This document shows, piece by piece, positions 60,097 to 64,000 of a DNA stretch of 64,000 nucleotides (positions within the stretch are counted from its first letter, which is position 1; each line of letters begins with the position of its first letter). Source of the stretch: Asterias rubens (lineage: Eukaryota). The stretch is from assembly GCF_902459465.1 (NCBI RefSeq), contig NC_047071.1:12214001-12278000 (forward strand), in the 5' to 3' direction. Position numbers and translations under genes: made by a program. The notes beneath the pieces were generated by a model. That model worked only from the letters and a program-made list of their open reading frames with translations, was not told the DNA's origin and made no database searches.

Positions 60097-62666
60097 GTTC
60101 CAATACCGGCGGCTTCCGCTTTACTGTCAATGATGGCGTGCACTCAACCATCCAACAGATTTTCAGCATCACTGCCAAGCCTCTCGTAATCACCCTGGAA
60201 ACTAACGAGATGTTATATGTGGAGCCTAATTCTATTGAGCCAATCACAGCCGACCACTTGAAGGTCGTGACCAATGAGGATCCGGTAACAAACATGAGCC
60301 GTCCAATCACCTACTGGCTCACTGAGAGTCCAGAACATGGTATAATTGTTGAGATCATTGACAGAGACGAAATCGACGAAGACTTTTTCAGTTTTGCACA
60401 GATCTCCACATTCACCCAGGATCAGATTGATCGGAATGTAGTCGCCTACAAGCAGATCTTGGATATCCCTGTCACTGCGGACCGATTTTCATTCAACGTT
60501 CACTTGTCTCGCTCTCAGAACCTTACCGATGAGACCTTTGAAATAACTATTGGTAAGAAAGAAGTTATTTCAACCACTCAAATGGTGACCACGGAAAATC
60601 CGACTTCAATGGTACACACAACTGAGCGATCATCGGTTTTAAATCTCGGTATTGAGGTCATAGAAGGTGGCACTGTTTCCATCACTGGTGATCAGCTGAA
60701 CATTGCTCTATTAGCCGAAGATTTAGGAGCTGCGGAGTCCATCTTTGAGTACAACATCCTCAGTCTGCCGAGCCACGGGGTACTGAAAAAATCCAATCAA
60801 GACCTAACTGTGTTTTCTACATTCCTGCAAGCTGACCTCAGCGGGGATGGGATACAGTACATACATGATCACTCTGATGAAAGGGAGGACTCCTTCAACT
60901 TTACCATCATGGCCGCTGCTCCTGGTTTCGCTGAACAGGTCGTAACGTACAGCGGTCAGTTCGTCATCACCATTGATCCCATAAACGATCAGCCGTTCCG
61001 AGTTGTCACTCGTGGGCTGAGTATGACCATCACTCAGGGTGCTCGAAAGACTCTCTCGATGAGTGATTTGAATACCGTTGATGCCGACAATCCTCCAGAG
61101 GAACTCAGCTACGAGCTCATTAGTAGTCCAGCCAACGGGAAACTCGTTCTGACAGAGGATCCAAGCATCGAGGTGGACTTCTTCACCCAGGAACAGATCA
61201 ATGATGGAGAGGTGACTTTTCTGCACGACGGGGGAAGCTTATCTGGAGGTTTTGCCTTTATGGTGACTGACGGAGCCAGTAAAAAGTTTAAACAATTCAG
61301 CATCATAGTGCAACCAGCGGTACTATACGTGATGGTCGCTGGAAACATTTCTGTCATTCAAGGAGACTCTCTGGGAGTAATCGCAGCGAATACCTTCAAT
61401 GTGACCAGTAATAATAATCTAGATAAGGTCAAGTTCAATGTTACCATTCCGCCAGAGTTTGGCGTCATCCTTGTCGATGGGCTTGCCCGGGAGTCCTTCT
61501 CCCAGGTAGAGCTCAATGAGGCACGTGTGCAATATTCCCAAACTGATTTCTCCTCTGACTCGGATCGAATAACGTTCCTTGCTTATGACGAATACAATGC
61601 GGTTGGGAGTCTCAATGTTACAGTCTATGTGGAACCGGCCGTAGTCGTTCGAGTGATGAACATAACAACTGGTGATACCTTACCATTGACGCCAGAGTAT
61701 TTGAACGCTGCGGAACTGGCACAAAAAGTCGGCAATGATCTTGACGTTGAAATAATCACATCACCGCAGCGAGGACTCGTCCTGAACTCGACAACCAATC
61801 TTGCCATAACCAAGTTCTTGTATTCGGACATATCCAACTCTCGTGTGTTGTTTGTGGCAGACTACTTGCATCTGGACGCTGAGGAGAACTTAAACGACAG
61901 TTTTGTTTTTGTCCTGAGCGGAAAAGAGGTTCAACCAGCGACTGTTACATTTTCTGTACGAATTGAGCCTCAGATGGTGCCACTGACAACACCTGCAATT
62001 CCGACAACAATGGCCATACAGACCACCACAAGAAAACTTAATACAATACGTTTTGGCATAAAGCCAGTTGAGGATACACGGGGCGAGGTCACGACCCCGA
62101 TCACACCAAGCGGAAACACCCCCGCGGCGAAATCATTCGATCCGTCAGGATTCAACCCGATCTTCGTAATCATTCCAGTCATCGTTATCATCATAATCGT
62201 CATTCTCATCATGTTTGTTCTGATTTGGAGATCGCACCGGAAGGAGAAACAGCATGTATCTGGCCGGGAGAGCCCATACCCAGAGCCAGATGTTGGCCCT
62301 TATCCCGGTGCCCAGGCGGGTCCTGGGCAAACTGGGCTCATGCCTACTATACAGGTCATGAGTAACCTCCCAGACCATCATAGTACGGGCTCCGTAAACG
62401 GGACGCCCCCAATGACACTTAATCGCCCGTTACCCATTCCAGGGGCTTTCGTTCCGCAAGTTACCGTTACGGCACTTGGCAGGCCGCCCTCGCCTCGCTA
62501 CGGTGATCCAAACTCGTCATTTGTGACTCTGAATTCCAATGGAACAGTACACTCAGGGGGTTCAGGCCACGGAGTGGGCAACAGGTGGGACAGCTGTGAT
62601 CAAGAAATTATGGACCATTGTGGGACCAAGAAACCTACTCTTAAAAAGAGTCAGTACTGGGTATAG
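60097..62666 (+). CDS. CSPG4: CSPG4 terminal coding exon: CSPG repeats 11-15, Thr-rich stalk, transmembrane helix (62160-62228), cytoplasmic tail ending QYWV
   Basis: Acceptor TCTTCCAG|GT (AG 60095-96) is phase-compatible with the 59102 donor and gives VIFVHSG-SNTGGFRFTVNDG. The exon has five more CSPG motifs, hydrophobic IFVIIPVIVIIIIVILIMFVLIW, and KKSQYWV-stop (TAG 62664-66), matching the NG2 PDZ-binding terminus. Confidence 0.93.
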
Positions 62667-63876
62667 TATCCAGACTGGTTATTACTCTGTATTTATTTAT
62701 TTTGGTTTTCTTTTTGGGGGATGGCTAGGTATGTCTGATAGCCATCCACATTATGGGCTGTGTACGTTTGTTATGAACCTGCCAAATTACCTTGTTTCTT
62801 AGTTAAGGTTTTTGACTGTTTGTATGTTTAGTCAGAGCTCACACCGTATTCAAGTGTGCCTGGATACAAAGAACCAAAGGGTCTGGTAGATGTAGCCAAA
62901 GAACCTGTATCAACATGTCCATAAGAAATCATTTAAGATGTTAAAGTGCTACAGTACTTTAAACCGTGCTGTTCAAGTTACACAATTAATGTCTCAACAA
63001 TTTATCAAAGTGAAAAACACATTGGTTGAATATTTCCCCCAAAAGTGGAACACACCTTTGCATTTTTACTAACACTATTGAAGAGAAAGTGCCTCGCTAG
63101 ATTATATAATTTAGCCCACACACAGAGGTTTAAAGAAGGTTGCATCTTTAATTTGGCCAACCATGTGTACCCCTGTGCATTTTCCATTGGTTCATAAACA
63201 ATGTACCTCTAAGATAATGGCGGAATGATGTCGATGCAAAAGAACTATGTCCAATTTCAAACCCATCCATTTCCAAAACAAAAAATAGAGCCACAATTAA
63301 AGTTGGTTTATTTTCCACTCATGTAAATAGCATACACAAAAACAATGTTTTCAAACAATATTTTAAACAATGGGGGAGTGGTGGGGGAGGGGGTTGGCCA
63401 CCTAGAAACCCACAGGGCGGGTATCCTTGACCTAGAAATATTTTGATCCTGCAGAAACATTACAACAGTGTTAATTGTTATGTTTAGCTTTAAAAGTACA
63501 AGTGGAAAATGTTATTTTTTCCCGTGGAAAGTAACGTTTGTAACTGTTAATATTGGGATTTTGAAAAAATCCATGTACATGATTGTATAGCTTAAAGGGT
63601 GTGCACAGCATTGGTAAGATTGTTTACAGATTTGCTTATGGCTCAATGCTCAGTATAAATACGGTCATGGTGATAAACTCCCCTCGTCATACTTTTGCCT
63701 GAAATGCTATGAAATGGTTAAATCTTAAAGTGCTTTAATGTGTTTTTCTTTGTTCAACCCCAAAATTACAGTGGAAATTATACAATGTTTATGTACTATT
63801 TTCTGGTGAATCCAATATTGAAACAAACAGTGTGTTCCAAATGTTAACAATCCCTGTAAACATCTATTTAATCCCT

Positions 63877-64000
63877 TTAAAGGCACTGGAGTGAACTTGA
63901 TTGGTAACAGTCAAAGACAAGTTTTCTCACTTAGTGTATCCAAATATGTACATAAAATAACAAACCTGTGAAAATTTGGGCTCAACTGGTCATCAAAGTT
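63877..64000. mobile_element. Left end of Kolobok-type MITE (TTAAAGGCACTGG family), truncated by window edge
   Basis: The same terminus occurs at 22004; the internal segment is shared with 25884-26260. Confidence 0.6.

Noticed and set aside
54424-62802. Numerous antisense and off-frame ORFs overlapping the CSPG4 exons
   Set aside because: Shadow ORFs expected from the codon bias of a long true ORF; none has recognisable domains.
63296-63301. ATTAAA as the CSPG4 polyadenylation signal
   Set aside because: A single variant hexamer in AT-rich DNA; the 3' end cannot be placed without transcript data.

Overview
This is AT-rich eukaryotic (animal) genomic DNA, not prokaryotic: there are no operons, rRNA genes, bona fide tRNA genes or CRISPR arrays. 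The only protein-coding gene I can support is a + strand CSPG4/NG2/kon-tiki orthologue. It has two LamG domains, an EGF-like module, 15 CSPG repeats, a transmembrane helix and a C-terminal QYWV PDZ motif. It is encoded by two giant exons (54438-59102 and 60097-62666) joined by a 994-nt phase-1 GT-AG intron. The signal-peptide exon is unresolved: candidates are 15000-15087, an in-frame ATG at 54398, or a position outside the window. The upstream ~54 kb is non-coding and dense in short non-autonomous elements: TTAA-flanked Kolobok-type MITEs, PIF/Harbinger-type MITEs with CWG, TAA or ATT target duplications, two tRNA-derived SINE families, a probable solo LTR, Penelope-type hammerhead remnants, tandem arrays and a 0.7-kb local duplication. 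The most unusual signals are two dispersed tRNA-mimic families that conserve sequence 5' of the tRNA +1, which a normal SINE cannot copy; one copy is a tRNA-like fold on top of a ~104-bp stem. The repeat families resemble those I associate with sea-star (echinoderm) genomes; this is recollection, not a database result. All other ORFs in the supplied track look like chance or antisense shadow ORFs.
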